From contig NC_057759.1 in the NCBI RefSeq assembly GCF_004010195.1, positions 736,565-800,564 of the forward strand: a stretch of DNA of 64,000 bases, in the 5' to 3' direction. A model generated the notes under the pieces. It did not search any database. It saw nothing but the letters and a program-made list of their open reading frames with translations, and was not told the origin of the DNA. Position 1 is the stretch's first letter. Each line of letters starts with the position of its first letter. The stretch comes from Chiloscyllium plagiosum (lineage: Eukaryota). A program made the translations under genes and the position numbers. Shown one piece after another: positions 1-12,599 of this stretch.

Positions 1-430
1 TTTGAGTGTAGATTGTTGCAAATGTATCAGACTTATCTTTTGCAATGATATGCTGGCTCCTCCGTCATTGAGGATGGGGATGTTCGTGGAGCATCCTCCT
101 CCAATGAGTTGTTTAATTGTTCACCACCATTCATGACTGGATGTAGAAGGACTGCAGATGTGACCCGTTGGTTGTGAGATCGCTTAGTGCTGTGCATCAC
201 TTGCCGCTTATGCCATTTGGCACGCAAGTAGTCCTATTTGGTGGCTTCACCAGGATGTCTCCTCATTTTTAGGTATGCATGATGTTGCTCCTGGCATGCC
301 CTCCTGAATTCCCCATTGAACCAAGGTTAATACCCTCGTTTGATGGTAATGTCTGAGGAGGTATATGCCAATCTATGAGGTTGAAATTTGTTCCGAAGTA
401 CAGTTCTGTTGTTGATAACCCACAACAGCT
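1..430 (-). mobile_element. Degenerate non-LTR retrotransposon fragment; related pieces at ~1790-2380 and ~43000-45500
   Basis: Shares recurring motifs (gactggatgt.g.aggactgcaga, gattgtggttgaatacaattc) with the other pieces. No intact ORF and family not resolved. Confidence 0.45.
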
Positions 431-439
431 CATAGGCTG

Positions 440-1110
440 AAAAGGATCTGGACCTTTTTGTACATCAATCTCTATTGCAGAAGCTCGTAGTAGCTAGGAA
501 GCTAAATGTTATGTTGACAGTCATTTCAAGGGGATTTGAGTACAAGTTTAAGGTTGACTTTCTGCAGCTCTCCAGGGCCAAGGTGATGCCTCATGTCAAA
601 CATTCTTCAGTATCGTGTGGAGTTTTGGTCTCCTCGGCTAACAAAAGATAAACCTGACACTGAGGGAGTGCAGTGAATGAAGACCAAACTGATGTCTGAG
701 ATGACAGACTTGTTGAGTGAATCAGAGATTGTGTAGGGGTTTAGGAGAAAGAGTGGAGATCTCAACAAAACATATCGAACTCTAATAGGGTGGGACAGAA
801 TGGAAGCATGGATGATAACTCCCCTGACTAGGACGTCTGAAACAAGGGGTCACAGTATAAGGTATAGGCAGGCCAGTCTGCATTGATATGAGAATAAATG
901 TCTGTACTCAGTCTCTGAGGAACCTGGGAAATTCTCTATCACATACGGCTGTGGAAGCCAAGGTACTGAATATACAGGGAGAGTTCGAGACAGTAAAGGG
1001 AGAGAGTAGGTGCATGGTGTGAAATAAAAGGTTAGCCATTATTACATTGATTTGGGCAGAAAACTAGATGGACCCCAGGGATTACTGAAGCTCCTATTTT
1101 ATAGTTTCTA
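440..1110 (+). mobile_element. Old CR1 LINE 3' end
   Basis: Degenerate CR1 C-terminal coding motifs (ttcaaggggatttgagtacaag, ggggtcacagt, ctgtggaagccaag) and tttctatg tail. Confidence 0.65.
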
Positions 1111-1315
1111 TGTTAATCACATTAAGGGATTTGTGGGTTGAGTGGGAAAAGTGCATGGAGGAGATGTTCGGCCATGAACTAGAGTGTGGGAGGTTCCCTG
1201 TGATGAATGAAAACTCCCTTTCCAATATTTCTGCGTAGTCTGTGGGAAAGCTCTGTAAAACGTATCACGAGTTCTCATATGTTAGGAAGATTCGACGGAC
1301 TATGTTAGACATTAC

Positions 1316-1684
1316 CTTTTCCGACAGTGAGGCTGGTGCTCAGTGATCTGTCCGGTTTTATCCTTTAAGACCTCGGAGCAGTTTGATACACTTGAGTGTC
1401 TTGCCTTGCCGTTTCGGAGACCATTAAGAGCTTATAACAGTCAGGATGCGCCTTTTCGGCTCGAGCGCAAAAACGTGGAAGATTTGCATTGTGAAAATAT
1501 GTTGGGGAAGCAAATTGGTGTTTACAATCGACATTGGCGTCAAGGTCGCTATTAATGATACCAGATTTTAGATAGAGGTAGTTCATTAATTATTATTAAC
1601 TTCCTCCAGCTGCCTGAGCATTAGCCTGGTCTGGATTAGTAATCCAGTAACATTTCCAGAACAGCATCATTTCCACATGGGGAC
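1316..1684 (-). pseudogene. Degenerate Ig-superfamily V-J-type exon (antigen-receptor-like)
   Basis: Acceptor ttcttatag|G at 1684; IWYH**RP (FR2 WYxQ-like) at ~1566-1543; PRFCA...LLMVSETARQDTQVY (FR3 D-T-x-V-Y-like); then in the same frame STSLTVGK with a phase-1 G|gtaatg donor at 1316/1315. Stops and frameshifts present. Confidence 0.5.
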
Positions 1685-2604
1685 CTATAAGAAACCAAAC
1701 TGAGCAGCATATTTTAGTGTCGGTTGACAGCTCTGTGAAAAGAAAAAAATAACTTCCACCAATTTGACGACTGAGATGGGGCTGAAGGTGCCGTAATTGA
1801 TCAAATTGTCATTCTCGTTTTAGGAGATTGGACATAGTTGAGCAATTTTCACATTGCCACATGGATGTCAGAGTTGGAGCTGGAATGAAACAGCTTGCCC
1901 AGTGATACGGCTTGTTGTGCAGCAAACGTCTTCAGTGTTATTGCAGGATTGCCATCGCCTTTGTCATATTTACTGCGTTCAGCTACTACTTCATGTCAAG
2001 CACAGTTAATCAAATTGGTTGAAGACTTACATGTGTAATTCTGTGGTATCACGACGAGTATGAGCTGGATCATTGATTCAACACTTCTGGCTGAGGATGG
2101 TGCAGACACTAGATGTGGCAGGACTGTAGAATTCAGATATGATATGTTGATCTTGGGATTTTCTTTACCCTGTCTATCAGGTCCTGGTTCTACTTTTTGG
2201 AATGTAAGCAACTAAGTGCGTTAACGTTAATGTTATCATCTGTTTTAGGTACGTATGATTCTGACCCGGCCATGTTCACCTCCACTTGTCGACTTGATGG
2301 TATTGGGAGACAGAGAGTTTATCACGACAAAATCTTCCAGATTGTGGTTGAATACAATTCCATTTCTGCTGCTGCTTTTGCCTAGAACAACACATCAATA
2401 TCAGGAGCACTCTGTTCGACATTAGAGGAGGCCGATCACTGAAGAGGATTTTTCACATGGAAATGGATTGATGGCAACAAGAATTGGGGGCGAAAAATGA
2501 GTTACAGAGTCATAGACTCTTGGAACTATACAATATGCAAACAGACCCATCAGCACAAATCGCCCATGCTCACCCAGTTACTTAAACTGAACGAGTACTA
2601 CTTT

Positions 2605-2990
2605 TGATGTCATATACATGGACTTAAGTAAGGTGTTTGATAAGGTTCCCCATTGTACACTAATGGAGAAAGTGAAATCACATGGTGTGCAGGTTGTTCT
2701 AGCTAGGTGGATAAAGAACTGGTTAGCAACAGGAGACAGAGAGTACTAGTTGAAGGGAGTTTCTCGAAATGGAGAAAGGTGACCAGTGGTGTTCCACAGG
2801 AATCAGTGCTGGGGCCACTGTTGTTTGCAACATACATAAATAATCTAGAAGAGGGGACTATTGGTATGATCAGCAAGTTTGCAGATGACAGAAAGATTGG
2901 AGGAGCAGCAGAAAGCATAGGAGCTGTCAGAGAATACAGGAGGACATAGGAAGACTGGAGAGTTGGGTGGAAAAGTGGCAGATGGCTTTA
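2605..2990 (+). mobile_element. CR1 LINE reverse transcriptase fragment running into a gap
   Basis: ORF 2707..2949 reads [25 protein letters not shown]. Confidence 0.9.
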
Positions 2991-3490
2991 NNNNNNNNNN
3001 NNNNNNNNNNNNNNNNNNNNNNNNNNNNNNNNNNNNNNNNNNNNNNNNNNNNNNNNNNNNNNNNNNNNNNNNNNNNNNNNNNNNNNNNNNNNNNNNNNNN
3101 NNNNNNNNNNNNNNNNNNNNNNNNNNNNNNNNNNNNNNNNNNNNNNNNNNNNNNNNNNNNNNNNNNNNNNNNNNNNNNNNNNNNNNNNNNNNNNNNNNNN
3201 NNNNNNNNNNNNNNNNNNNNNNNNNNNNNNNNNNNNNNNNNNNNNNNNNNNNNNNNNNNNNNNNNNNNNNNNNNNNNNNNNNNNNNNNNNNNNNNNNNNN
3301 NNNNNNNNNNNNNNNNNNNNNNNNNNNNNNNNNNNNNNNNNNNNNNNNNNNNNNNNNNNNNNNNNNNNNNNNNNNNNNNNNNNNNNNNNNNNNNNNNNNN
3401 NNNNNNNNNNNNNNNNNNNNNNNNNNNNNNNNNNNNNNNNNNNNNNNNNNNNNNNNNNNNNNNNNNNNNNNNNNNNNNNNNNNNNNNNNN
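2991..3490. other. Assembly gap (500 N)
   Basis: Run of N. Confidence 1.
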
Positions 3491-3579
3491 CAAAGTGTTG
3501 GATGAGCTCAGCAGGTATTGCAGCATCTGTGGACTGAGAGGGAGAGAGAAAAACACAGTTAGCATTTTGTGTCCATCAC

Positions 3580-4615
3580 ACTCGTGAATTAGAGTCATTG
3601 CGACGTACAGCACAGAAACAGACCCTTCAGTCCAACTCGTCCACACTGACCATAGAACATAGAACACCATAGCGAAGCAGAGGCCCTTTTACCTAGAGGT
3701 TGCACCAACCTGTGGAACGACTCTTAAGCCCATCTATCCTGCATTATTCCATTTTCATCCATATGTTTATGCAAAGACCATTTAAATATCCTTAAAGTTG
3801 GCGACTCTACTACTTTTGTAGGCAGTGAATTCCGTGGCCCATACAACTCTGAGTAAAGAAACAACTTTTGACATCTGTCCTATGTCTATCAACCCTCAAT
3901 TTGAAGCTATGCCCCCTCGTGCTAGTCATTCGAGGCAAAAACACTCTTGCTGTCCACCCTGTCTAACCCTCTGATTATCTAATATACCACAATTCAGTTA
4001 CCCCCAACATTATTCTCTCTCTTGAAAACAGTCTCAAGTCCCTCAACCTTTCCCCAGAAGACCTGCCCTCCAAACCAGGCAAAATCCTCGTACACCTTCT
4101 CGGAACCCCTTCCAAAGCTTCCACATCCTTCCTATAATGCAGTACTCCAAGTGCGGCCACACCAGAGGTTTGTACAACTGCAACATGACCTCTCTCCCTC
4201 ATGCACACTGCCTCACATATGCACACACGCTCACTCTGTCTCGCTCTCACGCACACACATTCATACACTGTTTCTCATGCACGCCGAATGCCTTCTTAAC
4301 AACCTGGGTGACAACTTTCAGGGATCTATGGACATAGACACTGAGATCTCTCTACTCATTTACACTACCAAGAATCTTACCATTATCTCAGTACTCGTTA
4401 TTCCTGTTGCTCCTTCCAAAGTGAATCATCTTACACTTTTCTGCATTAAACACCATTTGCCACCTCTTAGCCCAGCTCTGCAGGTTACCCCTCGGTAACC
4501 TGCAACATCCTTCACCACCATCCACAACTCAACCAATCTTAATGTCTTCCACAAATGGACCAACTCATCCTTCTGTGCCTTCATCCATGTCATTTATAAA
4601 AATGACAAACAGCAG
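3580..4615 (-). mobile_element. CR1 LINE 3' fragment
   Basis: ORF 3975..4268 reads HYRKDVEALEGVPRRCTRILPGLEG; catagaacatagaac tail. Confidence 0.85.
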
Positions 4616-4790
4616 TTTGTCACGCTAAATGGCCCATAGTATTCAGGAATGTGTAGGTTAGGTGCATTAGTCAGGGACAAATATAGGAGAGGGAAATGAT
4701 TCTAGATGGCTTACTCTACAGAGGATTGGTGTGGACTTGTTGAGCCGAAGGGCCTGTTTCCACACTATAGGAATTCTAATTCTAATTCTA
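4616..4790 (+). mobile_element. HE1-type SINE, 3' half
   Basis: gtggacttgttgagccgaagggcctgtttccacact followed by an (attcta)n tail. Confidence 0.75.
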
Positions 4791-5305
4791 AAACACTCGC
4801 AGTCCATTAGAATTTCTAACGAAAATTTACAACTTCCTCCTGCCGCTGTCTATACCCCTCCTCCTGTCTCCCAATCTATCTAGCTCCCCATCGTCCAACA
4901 TTCCCTGTTCTCTGAGTCTATTGATCCCCCTCTGTGCTGTCTAAGTTGCTTACACTCATTTTCCCTCTAAGTCTCTTCATCTCCCTCGTTTTCTCTCGCT
5001 CTCAATTTAACTTCATTCACTCTCTCTATCTGCATTATGTATATTTGAAGAGCTCATTGACACGATGGGTTGAATCGCCTGCATCTGTGCTTTAATAACT
5101 CTGAGGTTCTCAAATACATAATAAACACTTTTAATGCCCGGAGCGATGAGCTGGTCCACCAAAAGGCACAGTTTAGAATAAGCAATTATTGCTTCATGTT
5201 CTTTTTTGATATGCAGGTGCCTCGAAATGCCTGTTCAAACAAAGTTGATTCACTGACATTCTAGCAGTCAGCAGAACGTTCACCAATATATATTTCAATC
5301 ATGAT

Positions 5306-5467
5306 TTAATGACGAATGAGATTCCAGAACAATATAAGCAATATCAGCAATATAAGAAAAAACAGAACCGTCTTAGAAATGGGAGTAAACGTCAACAATC
5401 TGGTTCTAAATAGTTCCAAGTTCTACTTCAAGATGTGGCAGTTTGTCTCATTTGAAGACAAACTGGA
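5306..5467 (-). pseudogene. TCR-like connecting peptide and transmembrane exon remnant
   Basis: Reads SSNETNCHILK*NLELFRTRLLTFTPISKTVLFFLILLILLILFWNLIRH*: a hinge Cys and a Lys inside the hydrophobic stretch (cf. TCR delta FAKTVA). Part of the hydrophobicity comes from a triplicated 9-mer. Confidence 0.4.
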
Positions 5468-5553
5468 TATTTTTTTTTTCTTTCGCTGCTTCCAGAGAAC
5501 GTGATTAGGGCCATAATGTAGGAAAGATTCCGCATGTTCATTTTAAAGGTGCC

Positions 5554-5832
5554 CTATGTAGGAAATGTCTTTGATGTTCCATGATTATTCTTGTTGAGAG
5601 CTGTGATAAATTGCATCTGCTCTGTTGAGTTTAATTTTACTAGCATCACAGCATTCACCTCATCTGTCCAACTGTGTCCAGCTCCTACTGCTGAACCTGC
5701 CACTGGAAAATCTGCCAGACTGCACATTATTCCTATCCGTATAACCTCAAAAACTTGACCCTTCCTGTATCTGGGAAAGTTTTCATTCGCTACGTAGCTC
5801 CTTAACTCTGTTGGTTCCTCTATTTTACGCAA
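5554..5832 (-). pseudogene. TCR delta/alpha-like constant (C1) domain remnant
   Basis: ORF 5554..5832 has GIMCSLADFP (cf. C1 CLxxDFxP) and VNAVMLVKLNST (cf. human TRDC YNAVKLGKYEDS). Second Cys is absent. Confidence 0.4.
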
Positions 5833-5839
5833 CCCTGCT

Positions 5840-6360
5840 TATCTCTTTTCATTGTACCATTCCTTAAAACACACTCTGTGTAAAACAACCAGTACTGCAA
5901 ATATCCCTCCCTGTAAACTACTCTAGTCCTGCAAATCTCCCTATCTCCATGAACTCCCGCAGCCCAGCAGCAATATATGTCTCTATAATGACCTCATAGT
6001 TCTATGGTCTTTCTTACCTGTGAAACTTCGTCCACTCACTTCAAACCACCCAAACCAGGTAGTCTGATCGATATAACATAACTATTGATGTCACTGTAAT
6101 TTTCTTCACTCCCCAAAATCCTTCATATTGGCGGAACTTTCAGACCCGATACTCTCCAGCTTCCTGAAACGTCTTCCTGCCATTGCAAAACTCGATTGCT
6201 TAAGACCCTCTTTACCTCAGTAGCCTCCTCCGCAACCATGAAGTCTCACAACTGATGAAATCTCTTCTTGTCACTGCAACCTGCCTAACCTCTTGTATCG
6301 TTCGGTGTTGATTGCCTCCCTATCTTTGTAACCTCCACTAGCCTCAATTGAACTCCTTCA
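5840..6360 (+). repeat. Degenerate pyrimidine-rich minisatellite (ccctccctatctctgtaacctcctccag-like); also ~12250-12530, 18900-20580, 26050-26730, 31480-32050, 36900-37150
   Basis: Recurring ccctatct/ctgtaacc/cctccagcc words with strong C/T strand bias. Confidence 0.6.
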
Positions 6361-6519
6361 GATTCAAGAAGGGTTTAGAAGAAGATATGTATTATGGCGG
6401 ATGTGCTGCTGTACATGTAGGAGAAGATGTGAGTCCTGCGGGAAGTGAGAAATAGGATGACGCATAGAACCTGTAAGAAGGTAGAAAATATTATGGAACT
6501 GGAAGAAAGTTGCAAATTG

Positions 6520-6905
6520 AATCGCGAAAATTTCCTGATCGAACCAAAATACTTTGTACCTCGAAATGCACAATTGTGGGATCCTGAGGAACAGATTTTT
6601 CGAGCTTATTACTAGTATACATGAGCAGAATTTCAGATTCTCAGGCTGGGAGATTTGAGTTCAAAGGTGACTTTATTTGTCTATATTGTCTGTAGAAAGC
6701 ACACTTCGTGCATCTGGAGACCTTCAGATATACACGACTGACCAGAGCTAACCTCACCAAAGCATTCGTTTGGATTAATTTTGACATTAATTGTAATTCA
6801 GTTTTGTGAGAAACAAAGCTTGATTTCCAATGGCAGAGAAACGAACACTTTAGCAATGACCCTGATCCATGCAACACAGTTTCATGAATTCTGTTGAGAC
6901 AGACC
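6520..6905 (-). pseudogene. Degenerate V domain followed by a J-like segment
   Basis: FR1-like TVLHGSGSLLKCSF. CTCAAATCTCCCAGCCTGAGAATCTGAAATTCTGCTCATGTATACTAGT aligns, with single-base indels, to a LKISSLRSEDSAMYYC coding consensus (~6660-6612). TACAAAGTATTTTGGTTCG (YKV/YFGS) follows about 50 bp later. Confidence 0.5.
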
Positions 6906-7739
6906 TTTGTTAAAATGTTTGTATAGGCAGGACATCTGAGTGAAGTTTTTGTTTTTTCTTTGCTTTGTAAAATTAATCACCATTTGCTTTGAATACTTTT
7001 AGACCTCTGTTAGTCAACTAATCCTGGACAGTCTATAACAGTGCAAATAACAATCTGATGGAATGTCATTGTCTGGTTCAGAGGTTAGAACACTAATCCC
7101 TGGGTACTAAGAGCTGGGCACCCTGTTCCTTTTTGTATGTGGGGCTTGGCACTATATTGGGTGAGAGCAGGTCAGTGATTAAGTGACCAACATGGAGCTT
7201 GGGATCTTCCTGCACTTTGTGGACCTGGGTAAAACAGTATCTACCTCTCATTAGATAAACCTGACATGTCCTACAACCCTGTTCTACATCCTCACTGTAA
7301 CACTGCACAGCTGTTGAACGTCGACCTTCTCCGTCATAATCTCTTGAGGTCCAACCTGGTCCTTGTCTGTTCCTTCTTGCAGTCCCAAATGAAATCGCTC
7401 CTTCGTATCTCGTCAAATTCCTGTGGGCTGTGTTGGACAGCTCGTCTTATGTTATAATTCTTCCAGCTGATGCATTATTCCACATCTCTGTAATATTCTT
7501 CAAACACTACAATTCTCGTACTCTATCTCCAGACCTTCCATTTTTTATTGATCTGTGTAAGATTACAGATACCTTGCAGCATTTTTAGTATTCGTTGTAG
7601 CCTCCAAACGCTCGATGGATTCAATCAGTTCGACATCCTCAAGCACTACAGCTCGCTAGTTTTGTAATATCACCCAGTATCTGCAAACCTCTCGATTTCT
7701 GTAGCCTCCTACAGAACAGCACTCCACTTCTCTGAGTGA

Positions 7740-9420
7740 GATACTTATTAAGTACATTATACAGTATTTTCGGAGGAGAGGGACATGGCAGATATTGAGT
7801 TTATGGTTAGATCTTTTATTACTCTAAGTCAAGTCGGCATAAGGAGGGAGGGAATGTTGGGTATTGTAAAAGCCACTAAGGTGGGCAAGTCCCCTGTCCC
7901 AGATGGGATCTATCTCAGGTTACTGAGGTAAGCGGGAGAGGAAATAGGTGGTGCTTTAACAGATATCTTTTCAGCATGCTTGAACACGGGCGAGGTCCCA
8001 GAGGACTGGAGAATTGCTAATTATGTCCCATTGTTTAAGAAGGGTAGCAGGTATAATCCAGGAAATTACAGACCTATGAGCCTGACGTCAGTGGTAGGGA
8101 AGCTCCTGGAGAAGACACTGAGTGATAGGATGAATGCCAATTTGGAAGAAAATGGGCTTATCAGTGATAGACAGCATGGTTTTGTGCAGGGAAGGTCATG
8201 TTTTTTTTTAGATTAGATTACTTACAGTGTGGAAACAGGCCCTTCGGCCCAACAAGTCCACACCGACCCGCCGAAGCGCAACCCACCCATACCCCTACTT
8301 TACCCCTTTAACCTAACACTACGGGCAATTTAGCATGGCCAATTCACCTAACCCGCACATCTTTGGACTGTGGGAGGAAACCGGAGCACCCGGAGGAAAC
8401 CCACGCAGACACGGGGAGAATGTGCAAACTCCACACAGTCAGTCGCCTGAGTCGGGAATTGAACCCGGGTCTACAGGCGCTGTGAGGCAGCAGTGCAAAC
8501 CACTGGGCCACCGTGCCGCCCACAAACCTAACTGAATTCATTGAAAGGTTGATTGATAAGGGACGAGATGTAGGTATCATGTATGTGGACTTCAGTAAGG
8601 CATTTGATAAGGTTCCCCATTGTAGGCTGGTGAAGAAGGTGAAGTCGCATGGGTTCAGAGTGTTCTAGCTAGATGGATAGAGAACTAGTTAGGCAACAAG
8701 AGGCAGACAGTAGTAGTAGAAGGGAGTTTCTCAAAATGGATACCTCTGACCAGTGGTGTTCCACAGGGGTCCGTGTTGGGACCACTGTTGTTTGTGATAT
8801 ACATTAATAATATGGAGGATTGTGTTAGTTGCTCTCATTAGCAAGTTTTCAGATGACTCTATGATTGGTGGATGCTTGCTTTCCTTCATCAGCCGGATTA
8901 TTGAGTACAAGAGTTAGTAGTTCATGTTGCAGTTGTATACGACTTTGGTTCAGAGTCATCTGGAGTACTGCGTACAGTTCTGGTCGCCATATTACCAAAA
9001 GCATGTGGATACTTTGGAGAGGGTGCAGACGAGGCTCCACCAGGATGTTGCCTGGTCTGGAGGGCGCTAGCTACGAGGCGAGGTTCAGTAAATTGGATTA
9101 CTTTCATTGGAAAGAAGGAGGTTAAAGGGGAGACATGACTGAGACCCACAAAATCATGAGAGGTATAAAGAGGGTGCATAGCAAGAAACATTTTCCGTGA
9201 GTGGAGGATTCAATTACTAGGGGTCACGAGGTCAAAGTGAGAGTGGCAACGTGTAGGAGAGATATACATGGCAAGTTCTTCACACAGAAAATGGTGGGCG
9301 CCTGGAATGCATTGCCAGTGGAGGTGGTGGGGCAGAATAATAGCGTCATTTCAGATGTATCTAGACAGATTCATGAATGGGCAGCGAGTGAAAGGATACA
9401 GATCCTAAGAAAATAGTTGG
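7740..9420 (+). mobile_element. CR1 LINE ORF2 fragment interrupted by a SINE
   Basis: ORF 7980..8216 reads [32 protein letters not shown]; 3' motif FFTQKMVGAWNALP at 9201..9416. Confidence 0.9.
8203..8521 (-). mobile_element. HE1-type tRNA-derived SINE, full length
   Basis: Reverse strand begins ggcggcacggtggcccagtggtt (A box), has gggttcaattcc (B box) and a (taatc)n tail. Confidence 0.9.
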
Positions 9421-9679
9421 CAAGTTTATTACCATCAGTATCTCTTCCAATCCTTAAAATCTCCCTTGCTGTATGAACCGATCCACGTCTTTCCCCTGAA
9501 CCCCACCCCACCCACTCGCCCATTCTACTCCCCAGACCACCAATCCCAATGTATTTTCTCTCTCACACCACTTACCCCCAAGACAAAACATCCAACCCTC
9601 ACCCGCCACATGCTATGACCCTTCGGCCATCCAATTCTCCAGCCTCATCAAGACTCCCGCAAAACTCCAAGCCCAAGCT

Positions 9680-12200
9680 TTGCCACATGGTTACCATCCT
9701 CTGTGACATCGAACTTCCTGAGACTGAAGCGACGCCCTCATTAAAAAGTTCACGTCCGTGCCCCTGCTCCCCTACCTAAACGAATTCCGCACAGACGACG
9801 ACGTGGAGCTCTTCTTCCTCCATGACTTCTTCAATAAAAACTCCCAGTCATTCTCCGAGGATGTGTTCTCCTGCCTCGCATCTTCCTCTTCCACTTGCAC
9901 ACCCCCGCAGGCCTTGTACCCGCCCTAGACTGCCAAAGTGACTGCCAAAGTGACATATTCCACATCAATGTGTGGAACTCCCTCATCCACTCCAACATCA
10001 CCTCCTCCGAACGTGCAATGCCCCAGTCTCTCCGCACCATTCCTCATTTCACCAAAAAAAAACACAGACAAAGGTGGGGCAGGGGTAGTCTTAAGGACGG
10101 ACCTCCACATTACACAGGCCAAACAGCAGCTCTCTGACACCACGTCCTACCTCCTCCTTCTTAAAAACGAAGGCACTCCCCCACTATCGACAGTCAGGCC
10201 AAAGTCACACTGTCTGTGACCGCATTGCCTCTCGTGATCTTCCCTCCACTGCTTCCAAACTCATTGTCCACCCGTGCCCCAAATTCCGATTCTACCTGCT
10301 CCCCAACATCTACAAGCCTAACAACACCGGCGACCCATCATCTCCGCATGCTCCTGCCCCACCAAAGTCATTTCTTTCTATCTTGACTCCATCCACTTCC
10401 CCGGTTCAGACACTCAACTAACCTCTAACTAACCTCTTCAGAAACTTTCAGTTCTCCAGCCTGCAGCACTTCAGTTTCACAATGGACATGCTGTCATTAT
10501 ACATGTTCATATCCCACAATGCTGGCCTTCAGAACCTCGATTTCTTCCCCTCCAACAGACCCATCTTGTCCCCTCTACCCATACCCACCTCCGACATGTT
10601 AAACTGATGCTCAACATTTATAACTTTCCCTTTAACTCTTCGCATTTCATCCAAATCCACGGGGAAGCCATGAGCAGTCGGATGGGCCCCCGCTACATCT
10701 ACTTCTTCGTTGGCTATGTAAAATAGTCCCTATATCCCTTTTCAGTATCTACAAGGCATTGTGCGCCAACTCGTCTGCCGTTACATTGATGACTGCATCA
10801 GAGTAGCGTCCTGTACCCGGGCTGAACTGGAGCATTTTATCGACATCGCCCACAACGTCCTTGCCACCCTTAGATTCACTTGGTCAATTTCGGTCACCTC
10901 CCTTCCCTGTCTTGTCATCTAGGTTTTCATCTCCATTGACAGTCAACAGGCAGATGTATACAATAAATCCACAGACTTCCAAAACTTTCTCCTAGAGTTC
11001 CGTAATTACCTGGATTGCACCACCTCCCAATCAGTATCCTGCAAGAACTGCATCCCTCATAACCAACTCATCCACCTCCATCACGTCTGCTCGGACCAGA
11101 AAACATTCTACTCCCAAGCATTCAACAATGTACTTTTCTTCCCTCAGTCATTCAGACAGCCTCCATCATAAATCCTCCATTTCCGGCTTGGCTGTTCTAA
11201 GTCTTCCCCTCTAAATTCAATGAAGGCAGCTTCCTCTTTGTCCTCAAATTTCACTGCACCAGTCTCCAATTCAAATGCATCATCCTAAAACCTTTCGGCC
11301 ACATAAAAATTGATCCCACCACCAAGAACACCTTCACCTCCTACACCTCTCTGCCATCAGCAAGAACCGTTTCATTTACCAATCTTTGGTTCGTGCCACT
11401 CTCCCTACCAACATCCCCACGTTCAACCCCCGAAATTTCCCCTGCAACTATAAAAGATACAAAACGTGCCAGCACACTACCCAAATCACCACCATCTATG
11501 GTCACAAACAGTATGTCGAAGTGAGATTGAAATTCACTTGCCTCTTTCCAGCCTCATTTATTGTATCTGGTGCTCTGATGACATTTTCTTCACATCGGTG
11601 AGACCAAATGTAAACTAAGGCCACGTCTCACCGAGCACATCAACCCAAATGTAAACTAAGGCCACGTCTCACCGAGCACATCAACCCGGCCCGTAGGGGC
11701 CGACCTGACCTCTCAGTCATCGCCCATTTTAATTCTCCTTCCCACTCCCAACGTAATATGACCATCCTTAGCCTCGTCCATTGCCACAGTGAATCAGAAC
11801 GCAAATTGGAAGAACCACACTTCACCTTCCACCTGGCAGCCGACAACCCGGAGGACTAAACATTAGATTCTCCAATTTCAAGAAACCTGCCTTCCCATCA
11901 CCCGACTCCCTTTCCAGCCCTCCTCCTCCCTTTCGCTTCGTCTTACCAACCTTTCGTTCCAGCTACCAACCGGATTCATTATCCCCTCTACCAGGCTGTA
12001 CCCACCACCTGTGTACACCTATCACCATCTCACCATCTGCCCCTCTCCTTCTCAGATCACTCCTCCACCAATTACCTGCAGTTCCTCTTACACCCACCCC
12101 CAGTCCTGAACAACTGTTACACCTACAACGTTGACTTCTCCACCTACTGATGTGGCTTGGCTTACTGTGTTCTTCCAGTCCCATGCGTGTCTATCTTGTC
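9680..12200 (+). mobile_element. Degenerate Penelope-like element (RT plus GIY-YIG endonuclease)
   Basis: DKGGA.VV; G.AM.SRMGP (~10660-10690); RYIDDC (~10778-10797); HIGETK GIY-YIG-like motif (~11591); terminal cctgaa...cgttgacttctcc motif. Confidence 0.85.
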
Positions 12201-12599
12201 TCTTCAAACCTCGCTTTCTGGGTAGCTCCCGCTCGGTGCAAAAGCCATCACTATGTACGTAAACTCCTTCAGGTCAGTACATAATAACTTGCTAATGTTC
12301 TCAATCTCACACAGTGCACCCGCCCCTGCATTATTCCTCAAATTTATATGCTATCCTTCAAAACCCAGCATTCTATATTTTCCTCTGAATGTCTGTCTGC
12401 ACACCACTCATCACCCCATATATCTTTTCTACCATAAGCCATCTCCAACACAAAGAAAGATCCTTAAATCTGTAAAATTCTGCAGGCCCTGAACGCCTCT
12501 CTATCCCTGTAACCTCTCATTATCCATTTACCCTCACTTTCAATGAAACTCTGTCCGAATTTGCAACGAGGCAGATGGAGTGAGAGCACTAAACTGAAG

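Noticed and set aside
2927..3670. Long ORFs spanning the N run (also 23732..24301)
   Set aside because: Artefacts of the assembly gaps.
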